A DNA stretch of 64,000 nucleotides from an uncultured virus (IMG/VR IMGVR_UViG_3300007177_000029) (lineage: Duplodnaviria > Heunggongvirae > Uroviricota > Caudoviricetes > Crassvirales). Of this stretch, positions 8,658 through 20,500 are shown in pieces. Positions within the stretch are counted from its first letter, which is position 1. Every line of letters begins with the position of its first letter. The stretch is taken from IMG/VR virus record IMGVR_UViG_3300007177_000029; one strand, given 5' to 3'. Under the pieces are notes generated by a model that saw only the letters and a program-made list of their open reading frames with translations, made no database searches and was not told where the DNA came from. The translations under genes were made by a program, and so were the position numbers.

Positions 8658-9827
8658 ATGGGTATTTTTGAAAATTTAGGAGATTTAAATTTTGTTGATG
8701 ATGAAAATGAAATCTCAATTGATGAATTAGAAAATGAAGAGTCTCAAAATGCTGAAAATAAAGAAAATGGTGATAAACCTAACAGCGGAGATAATTCTAC
8801 TAATGAACAAAGTAGTTCTTTGGATGATGAAGAATTAAAAACAGAACTTGAAGAATTTGAAATAGATGAAAATTCTTTAGAAGGCTTAGAGGAAGATAAT
8901 ATTGAAAGTGAAACAGATAATAATAATTCCTCCTCTGATGAAAGTTTTTCTCCTGTTACTTCATTAGCATCTTCTCTTTTTGAAGAGGGGGTTTTAGCTT
9001 CTCTTACAAAAGAAGAAGTTGAAAAAATTAAATCAGGAGAAGATTTAATAGAAGCTATTAAAAAGCAAGTTAAAGAAAATGAATTTGCAGATTTAACAGA
9101 AGAAGAAAAAGATTATCTTGATGCAATAAGAAAAGGAGTTCCTTTAGAAGAATACATAAAGTCTAAAGAAACATATAGTTCTTATGAAAGTATTGAAGAT
9201 GAAGATTTAGAGAGTGAAGAAAATAAAAATTTAAGATTTCAATTGATTAAAAATTCTTTTTTATTAAAAGGTATTGATGAAGTTAAAGCTGAAAAATTAA
9301 CAAAAAGAGCATTTGATATAGGTGAAGATGTTGAAGATGCCAAAACAGCTTTAGACGAATTAAAGAAATATGAAAAAGATAATATTGAAAATTTAAAAAA
9401 AGAAAAACAAGCTGAAAGAGAAAAGTTAATTAAACAACAAGCTGAAGAATTTAATACTATTAGAAATTTAGTAAATACTACAGAAGAAGTAATACCAGGA
9501 TTTAAAATAGATGAAAATTCTAAAAAAGCAGTAGAAAGATTAATAACTAAACCTTTCACAAAAGATAAAAATGGTAATCAAGTAAATGAAGTTATCGGTA
9601 AAATGATTGAAGATAAAAATTACTTTGTTAAGTTACATTACATTCATCATTTAACTGAAGGTTTTACTAAGTTTGATAAGTTTGTAAATAAAGCAAAAAC
9701 ACAAGCTGTTAAAACTTTAGAAGAAAAACTTAAATTACAAGATACTAGAATAAATTCTTCAAAACAAAATATTCCATCTAAAGCTAATGATGGTTTATTT
9801 AAAGTATTGGATAAAATTAATTACTAA
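8658..9827 (+). CDS. Capsid scaffolding-like acidic protein
   Basis: Highly acidic N-terminus and coiled coil, located between portal and MCP. Confidence 0.7.
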   Translation: MGIFENLGDLNFVDDENEISIDELENEESQNAENKENGDKPNSGDNSTNEQSSSLDDEELKTELEEFEIDENSLEGLEEDNIESETDNNNSSSDESFSPVTSLASSLFEEGVLASLTKEEVEKIKSGEDLIEAIKKQVKENEFADLTEEEKDYLDAIRKGVPLEEYIKSKETYSSYESIEDEDLESEENKNLRFQLIKNSFLLKGIDEVKAEKLTKRAFDIGEDVEDAKTALDELKKYEKDNIENLKKEKQAEREKLIKQQAEEFNTIRNLVNTTEEVIPGFKIDENSKKAVERLITKPFTKDKNGNQVNEVIGKMIEDKNYFVKLHYIHHLTEGFTKFDKFVNKAKTQAVKTLEEKLKLQDTRINSSKQNIPSKANDGLFKVLDKINY

Positions 9828-9848
9828 CAAAAATTTAAACTATAAAAA

Positions 9849-11324
9849 ATGGCAAAATTATCACCACTACAAATGACAGATGCTAAGACATGGAAAGGTC
9901 TTACTACTGAAAATCATTTAGGAAGTATTTGGGCACAAGAGCCACAAAAAGCTTCAGAATTAATTACTCGTATTCAAGCAGCTAACTTTGGTAACAACAT
10001 TGATACAATGTTATCACAGTTTCCAACTTTAGAGTTTGAAGATGATAGAGATTACACTTGGGAAATTACTTCTCCTGCTGTAGACAATATTCCTTTAGTA
10101 GAAGCTAGGATTAATGGCGTTGCTGTTACTCCTTTATCTGAAGCAGGAAAAAGATTTACAGAATTTGAATTAGTATTCGCTAAAGATTGGTTTGATGAAG
10201 GTCAAAGAATTGTAGGTGAAAAAAATGAAATGTACCCAATTTTAATTACAGGTGCTACATTTGAAGGTGCAAATGTTGTATATACTTGTAGATTAGATAC
10301 TGGTGATGCAGATTTATTTATCCCTTATGAAGAAATCACCAATTCAAAAAGATTCTCTGGTGAGTTTTCTCCTGTTGAAAGAACTTTATCTGAAAGAGGT
10401 AGACAACCACGTTACAGAAGTAATATCTCTATGAGAAACGCTTTTAGTCAAATTAGAATGACTAAGAAAACTCCTGGTAACATGAAATTACGTAAATTAG
10501 GTTGTTATTTACAAGATGACAAAGGTAAAATTTACAAAATGTGGCAGGATTATGAATCTTATATGTTTGATTTTGAGTTCAGAATGGATATTAACAGATT
10601 GTTAATGTTTGGTACTGCTAATAAAACATCTGAAGGTACTTACAACATTTCTGGTAAATCAGGTTATAAAATTGTTGAAGGTGCAGGTTTAAGACAACAA
10701 AAAGAATCTGCTAACACAGAATTTTATAACTTCTTTGATATTGAAGATTTAACAGAAAGATTGTTAGATTTATCAGAAGGTAAAATTCCTGGAGACCAAA
10801 GAGAGTTTGTAATGGACACTGGTGAAAGAGGTGCTTATCAATTCCATAAAGCTTTAGAAAACTATACTACTTTATACACTCCTTTAAGAAATGAAACTAG
10901 AATTTATGATGCTTCAGGACAATCAGGATTTAAAGCAGGTATGGGTTATAAAGGGCAATTTATTGAATATCAAGGTCCTAATGGTATTAAAGTTACTTTA
11001 AAAGTTAACTCTATGTACGATAACCGTGATAGAAATAAAATTATGCACCCTGATGGTGGTGTTGCTGAATCTTACAGATATGATATTTATGATATTGGTA
11101 CTACTGAAGGTAAACCAAATATTCAAAAAGTAGCTGTAAAAGGAATGCCTATTATTCACAAGTACATACCAGGATTAAGAAATCCTTATGACCCAGATGG
11201 TGCAGTATCTGCAATTGCTACAGGGTTAGATGGTTGGACTGAAGAAAAAATGTTTGTTGGTGGTATTATTTTAAGAGACCCATCTAAAACAGCTTCATTT
11301 ATTCCTAACTTGTTGGCTAAGTAA
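9849..11324 (+). CDS. Major capsid protein
   Basis: 491 aa; N-terminal WKGLTTENHLG and GAGLRQQ resemble crAss-like MCPs; followed by a strong terminator. Confidence 0.92.
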   Translation: MAKLSPLQMTDAKTWKGLTTENHLGSIWAQEPQKASELITRIQAANFGNNIDTMLSQFPTLEFEDDRDYTWEITSPAVDNIPLVEARINGVAVTPLSEAGKRFTEFELVFAKDWFDEGQRIVGEKNEMYPILITGATFEGANVVYTCRLDTGDADLFIPYEEITNSKRFSGEFSPVERTLSERGRQPRYRSNISMRNAFSQIRMTKKTPGNMKLRKLGCYLQDDKGKIYKMWQDYESYMFDFEFRMDINRLLMFGTANKTSEGTYNISGKSGYKIVEGAGLRQQKESANTEFYNFFDIEDLTERLLDLSEGKIPGDQREFVMDTGERGAYQFHKALENYTTLYTPLRNETRIYDASGQSGFKAGMGYKGQFIEYQGPNGIKVTLKVNSMYDNRDRNKIMHPDGGVAESYRYDIYDIGTTEGKPNIQKVAVKGMPIIHKYIPGLRNPYDPDGAVSAIATGLDGWTEEKMFVGGIILRDPSKTASFIPNLLAK

Positions 11325-11343
11325 TAAATAAGTATTAAATTTG

Positions 11344-11367
11344 AAGGGGGAAGAAATTCCCCCTTTT
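11344..11367 (+). terminator. Intrinsic terminator after MCP
   Basis: aagggggaa-gaaa-ttccccctt-tt. Confidence 0.85.
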
Positions 11368-11426
11368 ATAGCTTTGTATAAAAAGCTTTTAATGAAGTAA
11401 CAATTTTAAATTTTAATTTTAATTTT

Positions 11427-12359
11427 ATGAGAACAAAAAAAGAAGATGTTTCTAATGATTTAGTAAATGAATCAGTAGAGGTAGTTAATGAAAACAAATC
11501 ATTTACTTTACCACAAAAAAAAGTAACTGTTGAACCTATTTTTAGAAGTTCTGGTTGGGTAACAGACCCTGAACATGAAGCTTTCTTTTTATGCGGTACT
11601 TCAACAAACAATTTTTCTGCACCTAGAAATAAAATATCTGGTGAATTGATATGCCCATTAACAGAAGAAGAAAGAAATTATTTTGAAAATAAAGAATTAT
11701 CAGGAATGCCTTTTGATAAAGGTGATTTATCTCCTTATAAAAAACAAGGTAATTATTGGTTAACTAAAGAAGCTAAAATAAGATTAGGTAAAGATAAAAT
11801 TGAATTAGATTTATCAAATCCTTATCATTATATAAGATATAAAATTTTATTAGTTAATACAGATTTAATTGCCCCTTCTCCTGAAAAAGCATTTTCTAAA
11901 AAATCATATAAATATATGATTGTTGAAGAAAACTTTAAAATGGCTAAAAGGCTTAATAAAACAGAAAAGCTTAAAGAAGCTTATATGTTTTATGGTAAAA
12001 TTGAAGATTCTGTTAATGAAATGGAAACTTTCTTAAAAATTTATGGTAAAAAAGTACCTACTACAGCAAATAAATCTTGGTTACAAGATAAAATTTCAGA
12101 AATAATTGAACAAGATTTAGATGGATTTTTACAATTAGCTGCTAATAAAGATAGAAATGTTAGATTGTTTATTGAAGACTGTGTTGTTAATGGTATTATA
12201 GTAAAAGAAAACCATAAATACTTTTTACAAGGAGGTGAAAAATTAAGCTTTAAAACTGATTTACCTCTTATTGACAACGTAGTTAAATTTTTAACTGCTC
12301 CTGTTAATAGTGATTTATACATAGAATTACAAGAAAGATTAAAACAATGTAAAGAATAA
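11427..12359 (+). CDS. Conserved crAss-like virion-module protein
   Basis: Position after MCP; LDLSNPYHYIRYKILL motif. Confidence 0.7.
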   Translation: MRTKKEDVSNDLVNESVEVVNENKSFTLPQKKVTVEPIFRSSGWVTDPEHEAFFLCGTSTNNFSAPRNKISGELICPLTEEERNYFENKELSGMPFDKGDLSPYKKQGNYWLTKEAKIRLGKDKIELDLSNPYHYIRYKILLVNTDLIAPSPEKAFSKKSYKYMIVEENFKMAKRLNKTEKLKEAYMFYGKIEDSVNEMETFLKIYGKKVPTTANKSWLQDKISEIIEQDLDGFLQLAANKDRNVRLFIEDCVVNGIIVKENHKYFLQGGEKLSFKTDLPLIDNVVKFLTAPVNSDLYIELQERLKQCKE

Positions 12360-13024
12360 TGACTGCACAGGAAATTAAAACAAGATTTTTATTATTATAT
12401 GATAAGGTTGCTAGTTTAGCTGCACCTGGTTATGATGATTCAGAAATAAGCGAGTTTTTAAATATTGCTCAAGATTCTGAATTATTAGATATAATAGAAG
12501 GTTTAAGAAAAAGAGGTTTTGAGTTTAATGAAAGAAGAAGAAAAGATTTAAGCTCAATAGTAAAAGAAGATGAATTAGTTTTATCTGCTACTACTTCTAC
12601 TTTACCTAATGGATTTTTGTTTGATGTTTCTGAAGAAGTAGCTTTTGTTATAACAGAGTTTGTAGAAGTTGAATCAACTAATAGTTGTTTAAACAATAAA
12701 GTTTTAAATATATTACCCTATACTCATGACGAGTATAGGGCTAATATAAATAATCCTTTTAGAAAACCTGAAGATTCTTGTTGGAGATTAGACTTTAATG
12801 GTAAACATGAATTGATTTTACCTAACAATTGTACTCCAGAAAAATATGTTATAAGGTATTTAAAAAAACCAGTAAAAATAGATATAGAAAATAATGTTAC
12901 TTCAGAATTAGGTACTTATTTTATATTTAACATTATAAATAGAGCTGTTAGTATTGCTACTGGTGTTACAGTACCTAATGAATATCAGCTAAAATTTATA
13001 GAAGAGCAAAAAATGAACAAATAA
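12359..13024 (+). CDS. Head-tail ring/adaptor protein
   Basis: APGYDDSEISEFLNIAQ, NPFRKP and YVIRYLKKP resemble crAss-like ring proteins. Confidence 0.7.
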   Translation: MTAQEIKTRFLLLYDKVASLAAPGYDDSEISEFLNIAQDSELLDIIEGLRKRGFEFNERRRKDLSSIVKEDELVLSATTSTLPNGFLFDVSEEVAFVITEFVEVESTNSCLNNKVLNILPYTHDEYRANINNPFRKPEDSCWRLDFNGKHELILPNNCTPEKYVIRYLKKPVKIDIENNVTSELGTYFIFNIINRAVSIATGVTVPNEYQLKFIEEQKMNK

Positions 13025-13050
13025 TAATTTATTAATTTAAACTTTAAAAA

Positions 13051-14283
13051 ATGGCAACATTTTCACAAAAAGACATTACATTATTGTATGTAGCAAAGTC
13101 TCCAGTAGCTTTATCTACTGGTAATCCAGAAACATTAAATGATGGTGAAATTGGTGTATTTACACCAGGAGGAACTAGATTAATTCCAGGTAACTCTGCT
13201 TTAAAACAAGAATTTGTATTAATGCAAGGTAGAGGAACTGCAACTCCTATTGTATCTCCAAAATTATCATCTGACATTGTTAAAAAAGTAAAAGTAACCC
13301 ACAGTAAAGCTTCTGTTGAAAAAGTAGATTTTATTGGTTATAATGGTACATCAGGTTCAATTGATGCTATTAATGATAATCTTTATTATGTAAGATTAAA
13401 CATTGACCAATCTTTAACTTCTAATCACGGTAATCAGTATGTAAAACATGGTGTTTTTAAAACTGATACTTCTGCAACACAAGAAGAAATTGCTACAGGT
13501 ATTACTAAAAGCATTATTGCTAACTTTAGTAGAGAACCTGAAAAACAATTAAAAGTAGAAAGAGTAACTGATTCAGCTACTACTGCTAACACAGATTCTA
13601 GAACTATTACAGTTAAAAATGGTATTAGTGCAGGTGTATTATCAGGTGCTTATGCTGCTGCTACTACTATTGGTAACTTTATTAGAATTGCAGGTGTAGC
13701 TTACAAAGTTGTAAATGTATCAGGTACTACAGTTTTCTTTGATGTTCCTTATCAAGGTGCTTCTGCTACTGTATCTGCTGCTAATACTTTAGCTATTACA
13801 GCTGCTAATGCCGCATCTGGTAACTGGGGTGTTAAATTAACTGGTTTACCTTTAGAATTTAAAGTAGGTAAAATTCAATATAGAAAATCTAACTGGGTAA
13901 CTGTATTAGATGGTTTTGGTAACACTACTTTAACTAATTCTGCTACTGCTTTTGCAGGTAATGGTACTTTTGAACAAGCTGCTGAATTAGAGTGGTTTTT
14001 AAGAGGTAATGACGGTGAGTTTTTCAGAAAAGGAGAACCTAACATTTATGATAGAATTAATGATGTAGTAAATGCTACTTATGGGTTTGTAGAAATTGAT
14101 TTTAGTGGTATTGATGGTACAATGACACAAGTAGGGTTTAATAAAAAATTAATGCTATTAGTTCCTTCTTCACCAGTAGGCTCATCTGCAACTGCCCCAG
14201 CTTTTTATACTACTGCTAATGGTTTACAATTAACTTTAGAAGCATTGTTAGGGTTAACTGCTAACACTTTACAATTAAACTAA
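13051..14283 (+). CDS. Auxiliary capsid or abundant structural protein
   Basis: 410 aa, rich in T/A/G, has its own terminator; syntenic with the crAss-like auxiliary capsid gene. Confidence 0.65.
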   Translation: MATFSQKDITLLYVAKSPVALSTGNPETLNDGEIGVFTPGGTRLIPGNSALKQEFVLMQGRGTATPIVSPKLSSDIVKKVKVTHSKASVEKVDFIGYNGTSGSIDAINDNLYYVRLNIDQSLTSNHGNQYVKHGVFKTDTSATQEEIATGITKSIIANFSREPEKQLKVERVTDSATTANTDSRTITVKNGISAGVLSGAYAAATTIGNFIRIAGVAYKVVNVSGTTVFFDVPYQGASATVSAANTLAITAANAASGNWGVKLTGLPLEFKVGKIQYRKSNWVTVLDGFGNTTLTNSATAFAGNGTFEQAAELEWFLRGNDGEFFRKGEPNIYDRINDVVNATYGFVEIDFSGIDGTMTQVGFNKKLMLLVPSSPVGSSATAPAFYTTANGLQLTLEALLGLTANTLQLN

Positions 14284-14296
14284 TAAATCAAAAAAT

Positions 14297-14327
14297 AAAC
14301 AGGAGGGTTATTACTCTCCTGTTTTTT
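14297..14327 (+). terminator. Intrinsic terminator
   Basis: aaacaggag...ctcctgtttttt. Confidence 0.8.
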
Positions 14328-14345
14328 AATTAAACAATTTAAAAT

Positions 14346-14930
14346 ATGTTCCAACCTTTTTTTAAAGCTAGTATTAATTGTTGTGATAATAATTTAACTG
14401 TAAAAGATATAACTTCTTTTTATAGTGAAAATAATACTAATGGGTGGGGTTGTCCTAATATTAGTTTTGCAGATGTAACAAATGCAAAATTTATAGTTAC
14501 AAATTCATTAGGTTATACTGAATACGATGTAACTTCTGAAGTACAAAACATTAATGATTATAATGGTTCTTATGAATTTGATGATATTACATTAAGTTCT
14601 TATGTTGATGGTATAACAACTGTTCAATTTTTAATAACTGCTAATGATACACAGTATTCAAATACTGTTACTTTTATTTCATTATGTAATATAAGAAAAT
14701 GTATTGATAAATTATGGTTAGATTTAGCTAATGCTTCTTGTGATAATAAATGTAATATTATTGATTATATAGAAGATGCTGAATTAGCAGAATCTTTATA
14801 CCAAGCATTATTAAGTGCAGGTGCTTGTTATGATGTAAATGTTATTAATAATTTATTAAGTAAATTAAACAAATTATGTGGAAATAACTGTACAGGAAAC
14901 ATATCTGATTGTGATTGTGGTTGTAATTAA
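14346..14930 (+). CDS. Cys-rich tail hub or fibre-attachment protein
   Basis: Beta-rich N-terminus, helical Cys-rich C-terminus ending CDCGCN. Confidence 0.55.
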   Translation: MFQPFFKASINCCDNNLTVKDITSFYSENNTNGWGCPNISFADVTNAKFIVTNSLGYTEYDVTSEVQNINDYNGSYEFDDITLSSYVDGITTVQFLITANDTQYSNTVTFISLCNIRKCIDKLWLDLANASCDNKCNIIDYIEDAELAESLYQALLSAGACYDVNVINNLLSKLNKLCGNNCTGNISDCDCGCN

Positions 14931-14942
14931 AAAATTAATGTT

Positions 14943-16127
14943 ATGGAATTTGGTAATGAATGTTGTAATAAAAGTTTAAACATACCTACAGGACCACAAG
15001 GTTCACAAGGTATTCAAGGACCTCAAGGTATTCAAGGAATACCAGGAATACAAGGTATACCAGGAAATTCAGGTGTAGATGGTAAAGGTTATTTAGCAAC
15101 AAGTTCAAACACTTTAAATTTAAGTACAATATCATTAGGTAGTACTGTTAATTTAACTACTCAAACTAATTTAGCGTATACACCAGGAGCTAGAATAAGA
15201 GTTGCTAATGGTAATAATTTTTTAGAAGGTGTTGTTACAGCTTATGATTTAAATACAGGTAATTTATCATTTGTAATAGATTTAAAACTAGGTACTGTTT
15301 CAACTAATTCTTGGAATATTAATTTAGCAGGAGAATACGCTACTACTTTTGATACTGGTTGGAAAGATTTTAATGATTTTAAAACAAATGGTTCAGGACA
15401 ATTTGGTTTAGCTCCTGTTACTAATGGTTTTAGACCTAAAATTAGAATTGTAGGAAGAACAGTTTTTATAAATGGTGTGTTTTTAATTCCTTTAGGAGCA
15501 AATTCAGATGCTAATACTTTAAGAGTAAATGCTGCTGAATACCCAACAACTTTTCAAACAGATGTAAAACCTTATACTGGAGTTGATGGTGGTTTTACAA
15601 TAAATAGTCTTGGTAACATAACTTCAAAAAATCCAATATTACCACCTAATTTAGCACCTGAATTAAATCCACATATTATAGGAATAAATTATATAAGTAA
15701 TAGATTTTTAACGGTTAATAACGGTACTGTAGCACTTACATCTTTTTTTCCTAATGTTTTTTTAAATCCTAGTGGATTACTAATAATATCTACTTTAAGA
15801 GACACTGATGATACAGTAGGTAATGGAAATCTTTATAAAACTTTAGGATTTTATAATTTTACAACAAAAGTAGTACAAGGAGAAAGAGTTCCTTTATATA
15901 AAGCTACTTTATTTAATGATACAACAACTTACAAAACATCTTTTTCTCCTGACGGTTCAGTTAATAATATGGTTTATTCAACAGATTCTAATGTTTTGTT
16001 TCCTCAAACTGTGTTTGCAGATGACCCAGATTTTATAGGTGGATTTAGATTTGATTTAAATTTTTCTTACCCTTTAAAAAGTAATGTATCTATACAACAA
16101 GCATTAACAGCATTTAATGATATTTAA
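14943..16127 (+). CDS. Collagen-repeat tail fibre protein
   Basis: About ten G-X-Y triplets (GPQGSQGIQGPQGIQGIP...) after an N-terminal CC motif. Confidence 0.75.
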   Translation: MEFGNECCNKSLNIPTGPQGSQGIQGPQGIQGIPGIQGIPGNSGVDGKGYLATSSNTLNLSTISLGSTVNLTTQTNLAYTPGARIRVANGNNFLEGVVTAYDLNTGNLSFVIDLKLGTVSTNSWNINLAGEYATTFDTGWKDFNDFKTNGSGQFGLAPVTNGFRPKIRIVGRTVFINGVFLIPLGANSDANTLRVNAAEYPTTFQTDVKPYTGVDGGFTINSLGNITSKNPILPPNLAPELNPHIIGINYISNRFLTVNNGTVALTSFFPNVFLNPSGLLIISTLRDTDDTVGNGNLYKTLGFYNFTTKVVQGERVPLYKATLFNDTTTYKTSFSPDGSVNNMVYSTDSNVLFPQTVFADDPDFIGGFRFDLNFSYPLKSNVSIQQALTAFNDI

Positions 16128-17508
16128 AATGATAACAAGTATTTATAATTTAAAATGTTCTTTAAAAATTTTAGGGAATAAATTTGCAAATGAATTATCA
16201 ATTGCTTCTAAAAATGTTGTAAAAACTTCTTTAAAAATAAATAAATTTAAATATTTAGTAAAATTACTAGAAAGAAACAATTTAAATGATTATAAATTTA
16301 TTTTAAATAATAATACTTTTAATGAAGATAATCAAACTGTATTAAAACACATTAAAGTATTTCCAGATAATTCTACATCTACATTTTATGGAAAATGGAT
16401 TGGTTCTTTTAGCAGTAATAATAATTTATATGCTTTAGCAACATATCCTTCATCTGATTTTTTTAATATAGATGTTCCAGGAAATACTTTATTTGATAGA
16501 TTAGCTTTGTATAAATTAAATGGTACTAATTGGGAATTAGTAGATGTTACAAATCAAATAGTTACATTTACTACTTTATCTTCTATAAGTTTAATTTTTG
16601 ATAATAATTATATTTTTGTAAAAACTAATAATATATTAATCAAAATAGAATTTAATACTTTTGATGTAATAAGTACTAATTTAAATAATACATCTGGAAA
16701 TTATTATACGTTAAATAGTGTTTTTTGTTTATCTGAAAACAATAAAGAAATTTATGTAAAAGATGATAATACTAAATTTTTATTAGTTTATGATTATGAT
16801 TTATTATTATTTAAACGCTCAATTAATTTAACAGACTATTCATATAAAAAAATAATCTATTCAAAGTTTGATAATTCTTTATATTTTTTATTAGGAACAA
16901 TAATTTATAAATATGATTTAACTACAAATCAAGAATCAGTTTTTAAAACAACTGTAAATAATTTTATTGATTTAATTGACGGTTTAGATAAAGTTGTTGT
17001 TTTAGAAACTAAATTAAATACAAATGAATGTGAATCAGAAGTATTTGATAAAATTATTATTTCTTTTTATAATAAATGTAATCAAGAATTATTTAAAGAT
17101 ATAGATACTACTGATTATTACTACTCTGAAGTAATAAACAAAGTTTTATTTTTTAAAATAGATTATGATAAAAATGTTATTTTACTTTATAACACATCTG
17201 TTGATTTATTAGGAAATAAACTATCATTTAAACTAATTGATTTAAATAATAATAAAATAGTTTTTAAAAAGAAATATGTATATAATGCTTTTTTAGCAAG
17301 TGGTTCTGTTGATATGATAATTAATGAATATCAAAATTTTAATAATAATAAAATTGTTTGTTTAAACGGTACTGGTGGAGGAGGTTTAGTAGTTAACACT
17401 TACTCACAAATTATTAGTTATAAATTAAAAAATTGTTTTTGTAAAACTTTAACAGATAATGAATTAGATAAAATTTTAAAATTTTCAAAAAAAGTTATAG
17501 ATAACTAA
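16117..17508 (+). CDS. Structural protein with probable beta-propeller region
   Basis: Repeated short strands (IYKYDLTT, LVYDYD); helical Cys-containing termini. Confidence 0.5.
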   Translation: MIFKMITSIYNLKCSLKILGNKFANELSIASKNVVKTSLKINKFKYLVKLLERNNLNDYKFILNNNTFNEDNQTVLKHIKVFPDNSTSTFYGKWIGSFSSNNNLYALATYPSSDFFNIDVPGNTLFDRLALYKLNGTNWELVDVTNQIVTFTTLSSISLIFDNNYIFVKTNNILIKIEFNTFDVISTNLNNTSGNYYTLNSVFCLSENNKEIYVKDDNTKFLLVYDYDLLLFKRSINLTDYSYKKIIYSKFDNSLYFLLGTIIYKYDLTTNQESVFKTTVNNFIDLIDGLDKVVVLETKLNTNECESEVFDKIIISFYNKCNQELFKDIDTTDYYYSEVINKVLFFKIDYDKNVILLYNTSVDLLGNKLSFKLIDLNNNKIVFKKKYVYNAFLASGSVDMIINEYQNFNNNKIVCLNGTGGGGLVVNTYSQIISYKLKNCFCKTLTDNELDKILKFSKKVIDN

Positions 17509-17586
17509 CATTATAAAATTTATTTTTATTAAGTTATTTAATGTTCAATAATTAATAATATTATTTTTATTTAAAATATAATTACA

Positions 17587-20500
17587 ATGAGTATAAATCC
17601 TAAAAGTTTAAAAGAAATTATTAAAATCAAATTTGATGATTTTTTCTATTATTTTCAAAATAATAATTCTTATAGACTTAGTATTAAAAAATTAACTGAA
17701 TATATTACTGATAATGTTTTAAGTGTATTACCTCCTATATTAGATAAACATAGTCAATTAGATTTAGATGATGGTACTAATCCTCATGGTACTACTAAAT
17801 TAGATGTAGGATTAGGTAATGTTGATAATACTTCTGATGCTGATAAACCTATTAGTTCAGCAACAGCATTAGAATTTACTAATGTATATAATGAAGTATC
17901 TACTAAAGCAAATAATTATGTAGATATTGCTAATATAATTAGTGGTTACATTTTAACTGATACTGATGCAGGTAAATTAATAACTAACAGTGGTGTAAAT
18001 GTAAGAACATTAGTAATTCCTAGTAGTTTAAATTTACCTAATAATACTATTTTTATAAAAGGTAGAATAGCTATACAACCTAATGCAGGAGTTAACATAG
18101 AATTACCAGATACAACTATAATAACTTCACCTACTCAATTTACTTGTGAAGCAGATAAAATGTATGTGTTTCATAGAAAACAATTTACAGGTGATGAATG
18201 GATATTAGTTGAATTAAGTACTGTTTTATTAACAGATGGTAGTGGTACTACTGCTAATGGATTATCTATAGATTTAGGAGGAGTTTTAAATCCAGCGTTT
18301 ACACTCATAAAAGGAGCAACAGATGGTTCATCTTTACTATTTTTAGGTGGTAATGCAGAAAATGAAAACTTAGCTCAATTAATGGTAAATGCACAATCTG
18401 TTATTTTAAACGCTTTAACAAGTTATGATGGTAATGGTGGTGGGCATATAGTTAATTTAAATCCAGGTGGTTTTGAAAGTACTAGTTATCTTACAGAAAA
18501 TACAAGTAGTTCAATAGGTAACTATTCCGCAGGTAATTATTTACATTATTACGATAATAGAAAATTTAATTTAACAATAAATAGTCCAGGAATTGCACCT
18601 GGTTCTGGAGAGTCTTTTACTATTAATGGTGTTACTTTTACAGAAGGTATTGACTTTACAGGACAAAGCAATAATATATTAGATGCTCAAACCATAGTAG
18701 GTTTAAATTATTCTGGAGTAACAGATTTTGTAAGTGTTACTTATATAGATAATGTAGTTTATTTTACTTTTTCTAACATAGCTACGGTTTCAAAAACTAT
18801 AGCTAATAGTTTATTTACTAGAAAGTTTTATAAAGTTGAAGTATCTAGTGATTTTAATGGATTAACATTAAAAGATGGAGGTGATGGTTTTAGTATCAAT
18901 AAATTTTTAGGTGAGTACACTTTTACAGATACTACTACTTTACCAAAAGGTATTAAATACGCAGACAACTATGATGCCACTTTAGTTGATGATAGTTTAG
19001 TTCCTAAGAGATATGTGGATAATCAAGTAGCAACTAAAATTGGTGAAGTTGTAGAAGATACAACCCCACAATTAGGAGGTGATTTAGACTTAAATAGCAA
19101 TGATATTAATGGAACTGGTAATATTGATATTACTGGTAATGTTATTGCTGATATTGTCCAACTAAGAGGTGGAGTTAGTACACAAGGAGAAATGTCATGG
19201 AGTGCAGATGAAGAAACTGTACAATTAGTAATGGATGGCACTACTCTTCATATAGGTCAAGACACATTTGTTCACGCAAGAAATAATACAGCTTCAATTA
19301 TAACTAAGGGTACTGCGGTATATGCTACTGGTACACTAGGTGCAAGCGGTAGAATAACTGTAGCTCCAATGATTGCAAATGGTACGATTCCTGGAAGATT
19401 ATTTATTGGTCTTGCTGCTGAAAATATAGCAATTGGTGCTGATGGTCAGGTAATGACATTTGGTAAGATTAGACAAATCAATACAAACGCTTATACCGAT
19501 GGTGATGTATTATGGTTAAGCCCAACGGTTGCTGGTCAATTAACAACAACAGAACCAACTGCTCCTAACTTAAAAATAGCTACTGCTTTTGTAATACACG
19601 CAGCTACTAATGGTACACTTATGGTTAGAGCTGAACAAGGTAATGACTTGCATTCAGACCAGAGAGTACAAGTATCAGGATTAACTAATAACGATGTATT
19701 AACGTGGAATAACGCAAATCAAAGGTGGCAAAATGCACAGCCTACAAGTACAAATATATACACTAACAACGGTACAATAGGAAGTAATAGGGTTGCAACA
19801 TTAACCGATACTTTAAGTTTTAGTGGTGGTAGAGTATCGTTTGATACTACAACAAATGGTATATTGTTACCTAGAGTTACAACTGCCGAAATGAATGCAA
19901 TTGTTAGTCCAGCAACAAATTTGCTAGTTTATAACACTGATTTAAACGGTTTATATAGATATAATGGTTCTGCTTGGGTGGCGTTAAGTGCTGGTTATGG
20001 TATTATAGCGGTTAAAGATAGTTCAGGTTATCCAACCTTTTATGCTGATTTACAAACAGCTATTAATGCAACAGCTGATATAGATACAGTTTATATTTAT
20101 AGTGATATACAAGTAACGTCACAAATCAGTATTCCAAACAGAACTTCATTAACAATAGAAATGAATGGTCATAGGATATGGTGTAACACCACTTCTGGTG
20201 ATTTTAATTTATTTAGATTTGCTACTTCTGGTGGAGCAGGGACTGATAGGATATTTACCCTTAATGGTGGTGGTACACTCGAACAAGTTGGAACAGTTAC
20301 ATCAGCTATAAATGCTGCAGTTATTCACTTTTTCCAAACTGGAACACAAAGACAATTACAGATTTTCGCAGGTAATACACTTATAAAAGCGGAGAATGCT
20401 TTTAGTATTTTTAACCAAGCTAATTTAAGATTAATAGATGGTGGTATTTGGTATTCAACAAACGGTACAATAAGTTTAAATACAGCAGCTGCCCTAATTA

